DNA from: Planctomycetaceae bacterium
GTDB taxonomy: Bacteria > Planctomycetota > Planctomycetia > Planctomycetales > Planctomycetaceae
Reading direction: 5' to 3'
Assembly (NCBI GenBank): GCA_044355825.1
Contig: JBIKXJ010000001.1
Span: 1-27,472, forward strand
DNA: 27,472 bases
Part shown: positions 1-8,616 of the stretch, piece by piece
Numbering within the stretch: position 1 is the stretch's first letter
Layout: every line of letters starts with the position of its first letter
Made by a program: the position numbers and the translations under genes
Notes under the pieces: generated by a model
Databases searched by the model: none
Seen by the model: only the letters and a program-made list of their open reading frames with translations
Told to the model about the DNA's origin: nothing

Positions 1-218
1 ACCTGCGAATCACCCACAGAGGCGGAAGCACCATCCAAAGAACTATCCCCGGTCGTAGTTCGGTCTGCCTCGGAGTTGCAGCCGGACAGGCTGAATAAGG
101 CAGCGCAGAACAGGGCAAGAGATGCTCGCCGAATGGAGGATGACGGCCATACAGTGGCAGGCCGAATCCGTCCGAACTTCCGGCTGCGAAGGAAACTCAA
201 ATTGCGTGCTGGAAACAT
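1..218 (-). CDS. N-terminus of a predicted lipoprotein, truncated by the left window edge (absent from the ORF track)
   Basis: Manual translation from the ATG at 218: MFPARNLSFLRSRKFGRIRPATVWPSSSIRRASLALFCAALFSLSG-C-NSEADRTTTGDSSLDGASASVGDSQ. The frame stays open to the edge and shows a basic n-region, a hydrophobic h-region, an LSGC lipobox and a polar linker. Same strand as the upstream cluster. Confidence 0.65.
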   Translation of the reverse strand, partial: MFPARNLSFLRSRKFGRIRPATVWPSSSIRRASLALFCAALFSLSGCNSEADRTTTGDSSLDGASASVGDSQ

Positions 219-283
219 GGGGTCGGCTTTGCAGTGCTGTGCCCGGTGGCGGGGATGGTTGGTGCTGGAGTTCTGGGTCAGAA

Positions 284-1558
284 TCAGGGTGATTTTAAGA
301 GGGCTCTGCTGCGTTTTTGCTGATAATCATCAAGAGCAGCGCGAGCAGGTTGATTACTGGGTTCAACGCGGAGGACGGCAAACAGGAGCTGTTCTCCGGC
401 GCGGCGATTTTGATGTTTGAGGGCCAGGCAGCCGGCTTCGCAGCGGATTTTGTTGTTGGCAGGATCCTGCTGAAGCTGGGCAAGGAGCGATTCCATGCGC
501 TGGACGTTTTCGGAGGCGAGTTTCCAGCGAGCCTCGGCCTGCTGCAGCTCGGTGGCGTTGTCATCCGAATGAAGAATCCGAATCCACGCTGCGAGCGCAG
601 ACTGATCATCGGGCCATTGAGACAGGAATTGACGGAGCCGAACTCGTGCGTTTTCGATCTGTCCGTGGTCCCGTTCAGCCAGAGCGAGCATCAGACTGGC
701 GTCAAAATCGGCGGGATCAATTCTCAGGCATTCATGAAGAGCATCGATACACTCGGGAATCTTACCGCTCAGACGCAGTGTTTTGGCCTTCCACATCCAG
801 TTTTCGGCAGAGTTGGGATCGCGCTGACAGGCCAGCGAAAACGCTTCGAGTGCTTTGTCGAGCTGATCGAGGTCGAGGAGGCTGCGTCCGAGGTGTGCCT
901 GCGTGGAGGCTCGGGGATCACCAAGTTCAATGGCACGGCGGAGTTCGCTGACTGCTTCGGCAGGCTGGACGAGCATGGCATGGACGATGCCCTGCTGAGC
1001 CCAGGCGCGATAGTCGTTTGGGAGATCACTTTTCCAGGTGCGGATCAGAATTTGTGCTGCATCGAGCCGGCTAAAACCACGCAGCCAGGTGGCAAACGCG
1101 TCACAAACATCGCCCGGAAGGAATTCGTCGGATGTCAGGAGTGGTGACAGGCGCGCTTCCGATGTGTTGGGGTCTGCGGTTTTGGCAAGCAGCAGGTTTT
1201 CTTCGTCAAACAGGCGTTGGGCCGGAACATTCAGACTGCGGAGCTCTGTGAGGGTGGAGCGGGCCTTATCGAGCTGATCCGTTTGGCGCTGGAGTGAGAG
1301 CAGGAGCAGGATGGGCTGTGGATCGGACGGACGATGCCGACGAAGCTTGCCGATTACGATTGCTGCTTCATCGAATTGCAGTTGTTCAAGGAACGCCGCA
1401 GCCCGACTGAGCTGCTGTGTGTACAGGAGTTGGGGCCCATACCAGCCGGCAGCGGCGGCGAAAGCAAGCAGCAGCAGGAGTACCAGGTCAAACCAGCGCG
1501 AACGGCGAGGAAGCCAGCAGCGAAGTTTGAACAGGAATGATTTTGCATTTGCCGACAT
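284..1558 (-). CDS. Membrane-anchored tetratricopeptide repeat (TPR) protein
   Basis: 424-aa ORF with an N-terminal hydrophobic helix (LVLLLLLAFAAAAGWYG) followed by TPR-like helical repeats (e.g. AHLGRSLLDLDQLDKALEAFSLACQRDPNSAE, ASLMLALAERDHGQIENARVRLRQFLSQWPDD). Confidence 0.85.
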   Translation of the reverse strand: MSANAKSFLFKLRCWLPRRSRWFDLVLLLLLAFAAAAGWYGPQLLYTQQLSRAAAFLEQLQFDEAAIVIGKLRRHRPSDPQPILLLLSLQRQTDQLDKARSTLTELRSLNVPAQRLFDEENLLLAKTADPNTSEARLSPLLTSDEFLPGDVCDAFATWLRGFSRLDAAQILIRTWKSDLPNDYRAWAQQGIVHAMLVQPAEAVSELRRAIELGDPRASTQAHLGRSLLDLDQLDKALEAFSLACQRDPNSAENWMWKAKTLRLSGKIPECIDALHECLRIDPADFDASLMLALAERDHGQIENARVRLRQFLSQWPDDQSALAAWIRILHSDDNATELQQAEARWKLASENVQRMESLLAQLQQDPANNKIRCEAGCLALKHQNRRAGEQLLFAVLRVEPSNQPARAALDDYQQKRSRALLKSP

Positions 1559-1665
1559 TTCAGAGCGGCCCTCGGGATTGATTGACTGCAGGTGATTGCG
1601 GTGCAGGGGAGAACTGCAAATGAGTTCTTGCGGGATGAGATTGCTGTGTCAAGCCGCAAACATTG

Positions 1666-4600
1666 TTATTGTGGCATAGAGTAGAGTGTTGCTCGGCCCT
1701 CAACGAGGGCGAATTCGCCGGAATCAGCTGTGACTGCGAAGTGCTGCTGTTCGTTCTCTGAAGGCCAGCGAATGGACATATTCGCAGAATTGCATGCGAC
1801 AGACAGTGCAAAGGTCACGGTATGTTCACAGGCCGAGTAATATCCGTCCCCTGCGGTAACCCATGCTCGCTGGCGGGGGAAGGCCCGGTCATCGCAATCA
1901 AGACTCAGTATTGCACCGACTGGGTGGCGACAGCTGCGGGTTCCCACAGCGCGAATTCGCAAAGGGCTCCCAACAGCCCGGGAAACATTCAGATAAAGTG
2001 CCGGGTGACGATCAAGAAATGTGGCTGCGAGGTCGCTGTGCCCGTCGCGATTCCAGTCGAGCGTGACAAGGGCACGTCCCAGAGCAGGCGTCATTCCGCT
2101 GCGGCCAAACACTTCGGGTGAACCCCGTTGAAACCGCCCATTCGGGGCGGCAATCCACGCTGCCGGCGGCATCTTCCACGGAAGACTGAAGTGCTGGTAG
2201 TCGTCGACGTGGCCATTGAGCACGAACAGGTCCTGCAGACCATCGAGATTGGCATCCACTGCCTGAGCTCCGAACGAGAGCAGATCAAAGGATCCGGCAT
2301 CGGCCCCGGTACTGCTGGAGAGATCCTCGAAAAAGCCACCCTCCGCGCTGGCAAACAGTGTGTTTGTTTCGGACAGAAAATTAGTCACGAAGAAATCGCA
2401 TAGATCATCACGGTTGAAGTCGCCCCATGCGATGCCCATTCCAGCCTGAATGCGCCCGGCCCCATTTACCGCACAGCCGCGTAGCGGTGCCACGTCGACA
2501 AGAGACCAGGCACTTGCATTGGTGGCGGTGGCCCCGGCGACCGCGGGCGTCTTCGCATCATTGCCGGCCCCGGGGACCGCAGCCGCTCTGACTTGATTTG
2601 CCTCCAACACCCGCAGCGCGTTTGGGGTCATGTCGTTGCTGATGAACACTGAGTTGCGTCCTGATTCGTCAAAGTCACCAATTACGAGGCCAAGTCCACG
2701 CCCTTCGTCTGGCGGGAAGGATTCAGCGGAAGCGACAGTGAAGGATCCGCTGCCGTCACCAATGAGCAGGCGATCGGAAGCGGCAGGGAACAGATCGGGA
2801 CGGCAGGAACGAGGTAACTGCGCAGGGCCGCTGGGGCAGAGCTTCGTTTGAGGTTCGCTGCCATCGGCATACCGAACTTCGAAGATATCCGAGATGCCAT
2901 CGCCGGTGACGTCAGCAATGGCGCAGCTGGTCACCCAGCCGACCGAAGCAGGAAGTGACAGTCCGGAAACATCGATAAAACTCCCGTCGCCGTTGTTTTG
3001 CAGCAACCGAATCCCTGCCGTCGAAGCAATCAGCAGGTCTTTGAAACCATCGTCATTGAAGTCGCCGACGGCGATTCCCTGACCGTATTCGAGGTCCGGC
3101 GGCAGGGCGGCAGTTGTGCGAGCTGCCGACTTGCCGCGAAGGTTTCTGAAAAGGATATCGGCGCTGCGAGGATCCGGGCTGGGCGGAAGCGAATTTCCCT
3201 GAATAAAGCACAGATCTGTCCAGAGATCATTGTCGAAATCGATTGCGGCCACACCGCCCCCAAATCCCTGCAACACAGACAATCCTCGTGGTTCTGAGGT
3301 CGACTGTCCGTAAAACCATGGCTCGCGAATTCCAAGCGACTCCGCATGATCTTCAAACCGGGGTTCGGGAGCGGCGGTCAGAGAGGCACGATTTTTGGAG
3401 GCTATTTCAGCGGCCGCTCGAGCGGAAGTTTCCTCACTGCCTGTCGGGGGACGATCGGTCAGCGCAATCGCAGCGAGTTTCTGCCTGAGTTGTTCTGGAA
3501 ATCCGCCGGCTTCCGGCTGCAGGTTCAGCATCTGTTCCAGCTCTGCAGAGCGCCGGCTGGAGGCGGCTGCAGCGGAAGGATGGTAACCAGCGATGGCCAT
3601 GTGCCAGGCCCATGCTTCCTGAAGGCGGCCAAGTTGTTCCATGGCCGCGGCGATGCGGAGCATTTGCGGCGCTGTTTGATCATCCACAAGGATCCGATGC
3701 AGCAGCAGCTCGACCTCATGCAGCAGTTGCGCTCGTTCGAGGAGCGGGCGAGCGGACTCGGGTTGATCGGCAGCAGCAAGCAGCGAACCCAGTTGCTGCA
3801 GTGCGGCACGGTGGTTGTAGTCGAGGCTGAGAGTTTTGAGAAAAAACTCTCGTGCGGAATCCAGACGCCCCTGCTTTGCCGACAGCCACGCCAGACACCA
3901 GGCCCCATCCGGATGAGTTTCGAGCAGGCCTGAATGTCTTTGGGCCCATGCAGCGAGTCCAGCTTCGTCGCCAAGTCCCATGTGTGCGCGGGCGATGACG
4001 GAGACAAATTCCGCCTGACCTGCAGGCGGCAGAGATACGCCATCGAGAATTGCGAGAGCGTCGTTTGGCTTGCCGAGGAACAGAGCGGCGCTGGCCTGAG
4101 CCATGAGAGCGAGGGGGCGGCTGGAGGTATTGTTGAGCGCTGCTTTGAGTAGCACCTCATCGCTGAGCAACTCCTCGCGGCTCCCAAGCATCGCGAGTTC
4201 ATCCAGCAGAAAGCTCCGGTTTTGTACGAGCTGTCTGAGCAGGGGCTGGGTTTCGAAGCGTCGGCATTCAGCAAGCAGCAGGTTGGCGAGCTGTCGTACT
4301 GCAGCTTCTGGAGTGTGATCCTTACCGATGATCAGTCTCAGCACAGATTCTGAGGTCAGCAGGTCGCCCGATAATTCCGCGAGCCTTGCGAGCTTCAACT
4401 GCCGCTCTGCCGGCAATGACTGGAGCGTGTTGAGCCGCTGCAGGTAACCCACGGCGGCAGCGTAGTCACGCGTGCGTTCAGAGGCGACGGCTGCCAGATC
4501 AAGCCACTCCAGAGAGTCGGGGCTGGCCTCCAAAGCCACGGCTGCGAGTTGACTGACTTGCCCGGGGTCGCTGGAGAGTAGTGCAGTCGCTTTCTGCAAT

Positions 4601-4698
4601 TGAGCGGATTGACTGTTGGAAAAAAGGATCAGCAGTGCGATTCCAAAGGCGGCGGCGAGGGCCGTGAAAAGCAGCAGCAGTCGACGACGGCTGAGCAT
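1666..4698 (-). CDS. TPR + FG-GAP repeat + ASPIC/UnbV (CRTAC1-like) protein
   Basis: 1010 aa. N-terminal signal/TM (RRRLLLLFTALAAAFGIALLILF), then a TPR region. DxDxDG-type Ca-binding blades follow (DFDNDLWTD, GDFNDDGFKD, DVTGDGISD, GDFNRDDLCD, DANLDGLQD, DWNRDGHSD). The C-terminus is UnbV/ASPIC-like (GTRSCRHPVGA...GDGYYS). Confidence 0.88.
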   Translation of the reverse strand: MLSRRRLLLLFTALAAAFGIALLILFSNSQSAQLQKATALLSSDPGQVSQLAAVALEASPDSLEWLDLAAVASERTRDYAAAVGYLQRLNTLQSLPAERQLKLARLAELSGDLLTSESVLRLIIGKDHTPEAAVRQLANLLLAECRRFETQPLLRQLVQNRSFLLDELAMLGSREELLSDEVLLKAALNNTSSRPLALMAQASAALFLGKPNDALAILDGVSLPPAGQAEFVSVIARAHMGLGDEAGLAAWAQRHSGLLETHPDGAWCLAWLSAKQGRLDSAREFFLKTLSLDYNHRAALQQLGSLLAAADQPESARPLLERAQLLHEVELLLHRILVDDQTAPQMLRIAAAMEQLGRLQEAWAWHMAIAGYHPSAAAASSRRSAELEQMLNLQPEAGGFPEQLRQKLAAIALTDRPPTGSEETSARAAAEIASKNRASLTAAPEPRFEDHAESLGIREPWFYGQSTSEPRGLSVLQGFGGGVAAIDFDNDLWTDLCFIQGNSLPPSPDPRSADILFRNLRGKSAARTTAALPPDLEYGQGIAVGDFNDDGFKDLLIASTAGIRLLQNNGDGSFIDVSGLSLPASVGWVTSCAIADVTGDGISDIFEVRYADGSEPQTKLCPSGPAQLPRSCRPDLFPAASDRLLIGDGSGSFTVASAESFPPDEGRGLGLVIGDFDESGRNSVFISNDMTPNALRVLEANQVRAAAVPGAGNDAKTPAVAGATATNASAWSLVDVAPLRGCAVNGAGRIQAGMGIAWGDFNRDDLCDFFVTNFLSETNTLFASAEGGFFEDLSSSTGADAGSFDLLSFGAQAVDANLDGLQDLFVLNGHVDDYQHFSLPWKMPPAAWIAAPNGRFQRGSPEVFGRSGMTPALGRALVTLDWNRDGHSDLAATFLDRHPALYLNVSRAVGSPLRIRAVGTRSCRHPVGAILSLDCDDRAFPRQRAWVTAGDGYYSACEHTVTFALSVACNSANMSIRWPSENEQQHFAVTADSGEFALVEGRATLYSMPQ

Positions 4699-4731
4699 GT
4701 GCAGAGAAATCCGCCAGGAGGAAATCGCAGG

Positions 4732-4770
4732 GAGAAAGAAAAACGGCAGCTGCCGTGGGGTAGCTGCCGT
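4732..4770 (-). terminator. Probable intrinsic terminator downstream of the DUF1559 gene
   Basis: Minus strand reads ACGGCAGCT-ACCCCACGGC-AGCTGCCGT-TTTTCTTTCTC: a 9-bp perfect GC-rich stem followed directly by a U-rich tract. Confidence 0.6.
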
Positions 4771-4930
4771 GAGAACCGAACGTGTTGCCTTCCGCGAGCG
4801 AATGCGGTGGAAGGCAGATGCTGGTGTGGCTGCCGAGCCCTGGCGAGTCGGCAGGGTTCAGACGCGTGGCATGGGGCGGTTAAGAGTCCCGCTGCGGGAC
4901 GGACTGGGACGCCCGTCCTGCATCCTGGGA

Positions 4931-6025
4931 TTAGAAGTCGCCAACGACTTCGCCACCACCACGGCTTCCGAGTGAACCCCAGACGCCGTAGGGGCTGCGA
5001 GAGACCCCGGTGGAGTCCGGGTCAGGAGCAGCACTGTTGCCTGCATCGATGTTTTCGGAGATGAAGCGGACAGAGCCGTCGCCGAGCAGCACCTGCACAC
5101 CGCCGGTGTGGCGGCTTTGTGAGGAGTAGATGCCCCAGCGACCGTCCCAGCCGTCATTGGTGCAGCGTGGCGAGTTCGGTGGCAGAACCGTGTTAACTCC
5201 GGTCATTGAAATATTACTGTCGCACCAGCGGTCGCCGGACCATCCGTAAAGGGTGAGCCCCGGGGCGAAGGCGTTTCGGTCAGCCGGGTTCAACGCTTGC
5301 AAACAGAGCGTTGGGTTAGTGTTGGTGCTGGCAACGAGCGCCGTGCCGCCGAGTTTCAGGTTATTGCCGAGCGTGCGAACGAGTTCCGCCATCATAATGG
5401 TGTTACTGGTGCCGTCGGTGCAGTCGCGAACGCCAAAGCACTTGTTAGCGCCGAACATGCCTCGGGGATTTAGGTCATTCTGACCGCGAACGATGCTGTC
5501 GCCGGCAGAGAAGCCGTAGTTGGTCTTGGCAATCGTGCTGCGGCCACCGGACCACGTTTGCTCGGGCTGGCTGTCGGAGGGGCAAACGTAGGCGGGGATC
5601 TGAGTTCGCCAGGGGCGATAGGCGTCAACCCAGGGCTCTGGACCGCCGGGGGGCCACTGTCCGTTAAATGGACCGCCAGTTCCACCGGAAGAGATGCTGG
5701 TGTAGAGGTTCGCCTGCTCGATGTAGGGCAGGAGCGGAACAAGGCCACTGAGGCGTCCCCAGTTGCCGCTGTTGTTCACGACCCAGCCAGTGCCGCCTTT
5801 GGCGAACACGAACATGTTGAATACGTCGTGGTAATTGTGCAGTGCAAGCCCAAGTTGCTTGAGGTTGTTTTTGCACTGGGTGCGGCGTGCTGCTTCGCGA
5901 GCCTGCTGGACAGCAGGCAGAAGGAGCGCCACCAGAATGGCAATGATGGCGATGACAACCAGCAGCTCGATCAGCGTGAACCCGCGGGTTCGACGCTTCG
6001 CTGCAGTCATCTGTAGGGCAGGCAT
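4931..6025 (-). CDS. DUF1559 family prepilin-type N-terminal cleavage/methylation protein with H-X9-DG motif
   Basis: RRTRG|[67 protein letters not shown] and [12 protein letters not shown] (H-X9-DG). Start placed at ATG 6025 because AGGAG lies 7 nt upstream; the track's start at 6076 is probably too long. Confidence 0.95.
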   Translation of the reverse strand: MPALQMTAAKRRTRGFTLIELLVVIAIIAILVALLLPAVQQAREAARRTQCKNNLKQLGLALHNYHDVFNMFVFAKGGTGWVVNNSGNWGRLSGLVPLLPYIEQANLYTSISSGGTGGPFNGQWPPGGPEPWVDAYRPWRTQIPAYVCPSDSQPEQTWSGGRSTIAKTNYGFSAGDSIVRGQNDLNPRGMFGANKCFGVRDCTDGTSNTIMMAELVRTLGNNLKLGGTALVASTNTNPTLCLQALNPADRNAFAPGLTLYGWSGDRWCDSNISMTGVNTVLPPNSPRCTNDGWDGRWGIYSSQSRHTGGVQVLLGDGSVRFISENIDAGNSAAPDPDSTGVSRSPYGVWGSLGSRGGGEVVGDF

Positions 6026-6146
6026 GAGAACTCTCCTGAAAGTGAAAAATGACACGGGGAAATTACGAACTGCCAAAACGGCAGGTCAGAGAATCTGTTT
6101 TTGAGAATTGAGACGTTTGCGGAAATTAGGACGAAACCCAAACAGA

Positions 6147-6175
6147 AAGTTAACTCGCGGACGGAACGGAGTCAA
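6147..6175 (-). promoter_or_regulatory. Putative sigma70-type promoter for the DUF1559 gene
   Basis: Minus strand TTGACT (6175-6170), 17-nt spacer, TAACTT (6152-6147). It lies about 120 bp upstream of the start codon. Confidence 0.5.
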
Positions 6176-6203
6176 TTGACAACTGAACGGAGGCAGCGTA
6201 TCT

Positions 6204-6357
6204 ATTCACTTCTGTGATGCACGTTTGGGCGATTTTGCTGGTTTTTTCGGCATTTTGGGGATTGTAAATGACTTTAGGCCGGATGCCGCACCGAACAAGT
6301 CGAACCAGACAAAAACTTCCGAAGGTGCTTTGCCTTGGGTGCATTCACTTGTGTGAA
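6204..6357. repeat. Two copies of a 14-bp motif ATTCACTT(C/G)TGTGA with an internal TCAC-N4-GTGA dyad
   Basis: 6204-6217 ATTCACTTCTGTGA and 6343-6356 ATTCACTTGTGTGA, 13/14 identical, both in the divergent intergenic region. Confidence 0.6.
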
Positions 6358-6412
6358 GTTTCTTCCTGCACGATCCGGCAGGATGTTTTTTCTTTTTTCC
6401 GGAGAACATGAC

Positions 6413-6622
6413 ATGAAAAAGATGGGATTGCTGGCAGTTTGTGCATTTGGTTTGTCTCTGGCGCAGGTTGGCTGCGGGCAGCCAACCTACGACATTCCCG
6501 AGGTGGATGCTGCAGAGTCAAAGGCGAAGGCCGACGAGATCAGCAAGCAGATGGAGCTTCAAATGAAGAGTGGCGGCAAGGCCTCTCCAACCGGTCCGGC
6601 TCCAGGGCAGATTACCAACTGA
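6413..6622 (+). CDS. Small predicted lipoprotein (69 aa)
   Basis: GGAG at 6401-6404, ATG at 6413. MKKMGLLAVCAFGLSLAQVG-C-GQPTYDIPEVDAAESKAKADEISKQMELQMKSGGKASPTGPAPGQITN: a lipoprotein-type signal followed by an amphipathic helix. Confidence 0.7.
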   Translation: MKKMGLLAVCAFGLSLAQVGCGQPTYDIPEVDAAESKAKADEISKQMELQMKSGGKASPTGPAPGQITN

Positions 6623-6788
6623 GTTTTCGTGAGAAGTCAGGCCGGTGATTATCGTTGCTGTGCTGGAGCGTTGGGCTCAGCGGGCGAGGTAACTCACCGG
6701 CAGACAACATCGAGCCGCCGGAAGTTTCCCTGTTCGAGCGACACCGTGGACGCCGCTGAGTGTGGGCTCGCAGGGATGTCTGTACGGA

Positions 6789-8597
6789 TTACGGTTCACG
6801 CAGTCGAAGAATTTGCCCCGGGATGACGTTGACAAGTGACTGCTTTTTTCCGGACGGCCAGAGGACATCGACCTGCACGGGCTCAGTGGCGGCTCCAAGG
6901 CCGAAGTTCAGCAGTGGCTGATGAGACGACGCGAAGCTCGTTCCGCCCGGGACTTCTGCTCGCAGAGTACGATCGCCCTGGCGGACGGTGGCAATGCAGC
7001 CAATTCCGCTGCGGTTGCTGGTGGTGCCGACAAACCGCAGCTGCAACGAGGCTCCGCGGGATGAGCGATTGACAAGCAGCGCCGTGGCGGCGTTCTGATT
7101 GACTACGGCAGCATCCGTATCGCCATCGTTGTCCATGTCTGCCAGGGCAATGCCGCGACCAACCAGCCGCTCGCTGAACCACGGATGAACTGCACTGTGA
7201 TCGCGCCAGCGACTGCCATCGAAAGACAGTAGTTGAGGCTGCTGCCGGTATCCGTCAAATTCATTTGTCCGTTCATCAATATGTCCGTTGGCGATCAGGC
7301 AGTCGCAATTCCCGTTTTGATCAAAGTCATGCAGCACGACGCCGAAGGCCAGTTTGGGGAAGCTCAGTTCCCGCATCCCGGTGGCGGCAGAGACATCCAG
7401 CATGCCGGCAGCGCCGTCGTTGCGGTACAGAGTGTTGGATTCGCCACTGAAGTGAGTAAGCAGCAGATCGGGGAAGCCATTGCCGTCATAGTCCGCTGCG
7501 GCAACACCCATACTGGCCTGTGGGTCCCCGGTCCCGCTGACTGCTGCACCGCGGCGGAGTGCTTCGTCTGTGAAGCGTTCCTGGTCTGCACGACGCACGA
7601 ACAGGAAATTGGCAGTCGTGTCATTAGCGACGTAGATATCGGGAACGTCGTCACCGGTCAGATCGAGAATGGCGACTCCGAGGGCCTTGTTCCCCGGCCC
7701 GCTTAGTCCCCATTTTTCGGTTACTCGTTCAAAACCACCGTCGCCGGTATTTCTCCAGCATTCATCGGGCCATGGTTCGAGTTGCCGTGGATGGCAGAGT
7801 GAAGGCAGGCCATCTCGAAAACACGGTGCCGGGTGTTGCACGTCATAGCGGAGGTAGTTACAGATGTAGAGGTCCAGGCAGCCATCGCGGTCGAGGTCGG
7901 CCCAGGCTGCGCTGCTGCTCCAGCGAGGTTCCATTCCGGCAAATGCGTCGGCAACATGCTCGAATGTACCGTCACCGGAATTGTGATAGAGCACATTCGT
8001 GCCGTAGTTGGTGATCAGCAGATCATCGAAACCGTCATTGTCATAGTCAGCGACAGTGACTCCCTGACTGTACTGACGATCTGTAAGGCCGGCATGCTGT
8101 TCAATTGATTTGAAGCGACCGCCGGGCAGTTGCCTGAGCAGCGTATCGAGCGGGCGGTCATGGTCGCTGGCAGTTGGAGAGCCACCCTGAACAAGAATTG
8201 CATCGGGAAGATCATCGTGGTCCACATCGAGCCACCCGGCACCTCCGCCGATGGATTCGACCATGAGCGCCTGACCTGCGGAGCCATTTTGATATTGGAA
8301 ATTGAAGTCGTGTTCGGCTGCTTCTTCAGAGAGCACCAGTCCGTTGCTGCTTAGTGCAGCACTGGCATTTGGGGGACTGAGCTTTTCCGGACTGGGCGGT
8401 TTGATTTCAGCGGACGAAGAATCGGCTGGAGTATTCCTGGGGGGCTGCTGCTGCTGGCATCCAGCCAAACAGAGAATCAGTGCAGCCATGAATCCGGCAA
8501 CGGAGTAAACCAGGGGGCTGTGAGCGGCAGATGCCGGAGAGTGGTGCTGTGCACAGCCCTTGTGAGGGGGATTTCCTGAACAAATCATGGCAGGCAT
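6789..8597 (-). CDS. CRTAC1-family lipoprotein (FG-GAP repeats + ASPIC/UnbV)
   Basis: LAGC lipobox and a Pro/Ser linker. Seven DxDxDG-type motifs (DVDHDDLPD, DYDNDGFDD, DLDRDGCLD, DLTGDDVPD, DYDGNGFPD, DFDQNGNCD, DMDNDGDTD). UnbV/ASPIC C-terminus (SNRSGIG...GGTSFASSHQPLLNFGLG). Start codon uncertain (8597, 8588 or 8489). Confidence 0.9.
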   Translation of the reverse strand: MPAMICSGNPPHKGCAQHHSPASAAHSPLVYSVAGFMAALILCLAGCQQQQPPRNTPADSSSAEIKPPSPEKLSPPNASAALSSNGLVLSEEAAEHDFNFQYQNGSAGQALMVESIGGGAGWLDVDHDDLPDAILVQGGSPTASDHDRPLDTLLRQLPGGRFKSIEQHAGLTDRQYSQGVTVADYDNDGFDDLLITNYGTNVLYHNSGDGTFEHVADAFAGMEPRWSSSAAWADLDRDGCLDLYICNYLRYDVQHPAPCFRDGLPSLCHPRQLEPWPDECWRNTGDGGFERVTEKWGLSGPGNKALGVAILDLTGDDVPDIYVANDTTANFLFVRRADQERFTDEALRRGAAVSGTGDPQASMGVAAADYDGNGFPDLLLTHFSGESNTLYRNDGAAGMLDVSAATGMRELSFPKLAFGVVLHDFDQNGNCDCLIANGHIDERTNEFDGYRQQPQLLSFDGSRWRDHSAVHPWFSERLVGRGIALADMDNDGDTDAAVVNQNAATALLVNRSSRGASLQLRFVGTTSNRSGIGCIATVRQGDRTLRAEVPGGTSFASSHQPLLNFGLGAATEPVQVDVLWPSGKKQSLVNVIPGQILRLREP

Positions 8598-8616
8598 TTC
8601 GTGCTGTGAGGCTTAC

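Noticed and set aside
317-1147. 276-aa plus-strand ORF
   Set aside because: It is an antisense shadow of the TPR gene with no motif or RBS; long shadow ORFs are expected in GC-rich coding DNA.
6639-6750. Imperfect inverted repeats between the convergent lipoprotein and CRTAC1 genes (GCCGGTGA/TCACCGGC, CTCAGCGG/CCGCTGAG)
   Set aside because: Long loops, no U-tracts, and 8-bp stems in GC-rich DNA; not enough to call a terminator or ncRNA.
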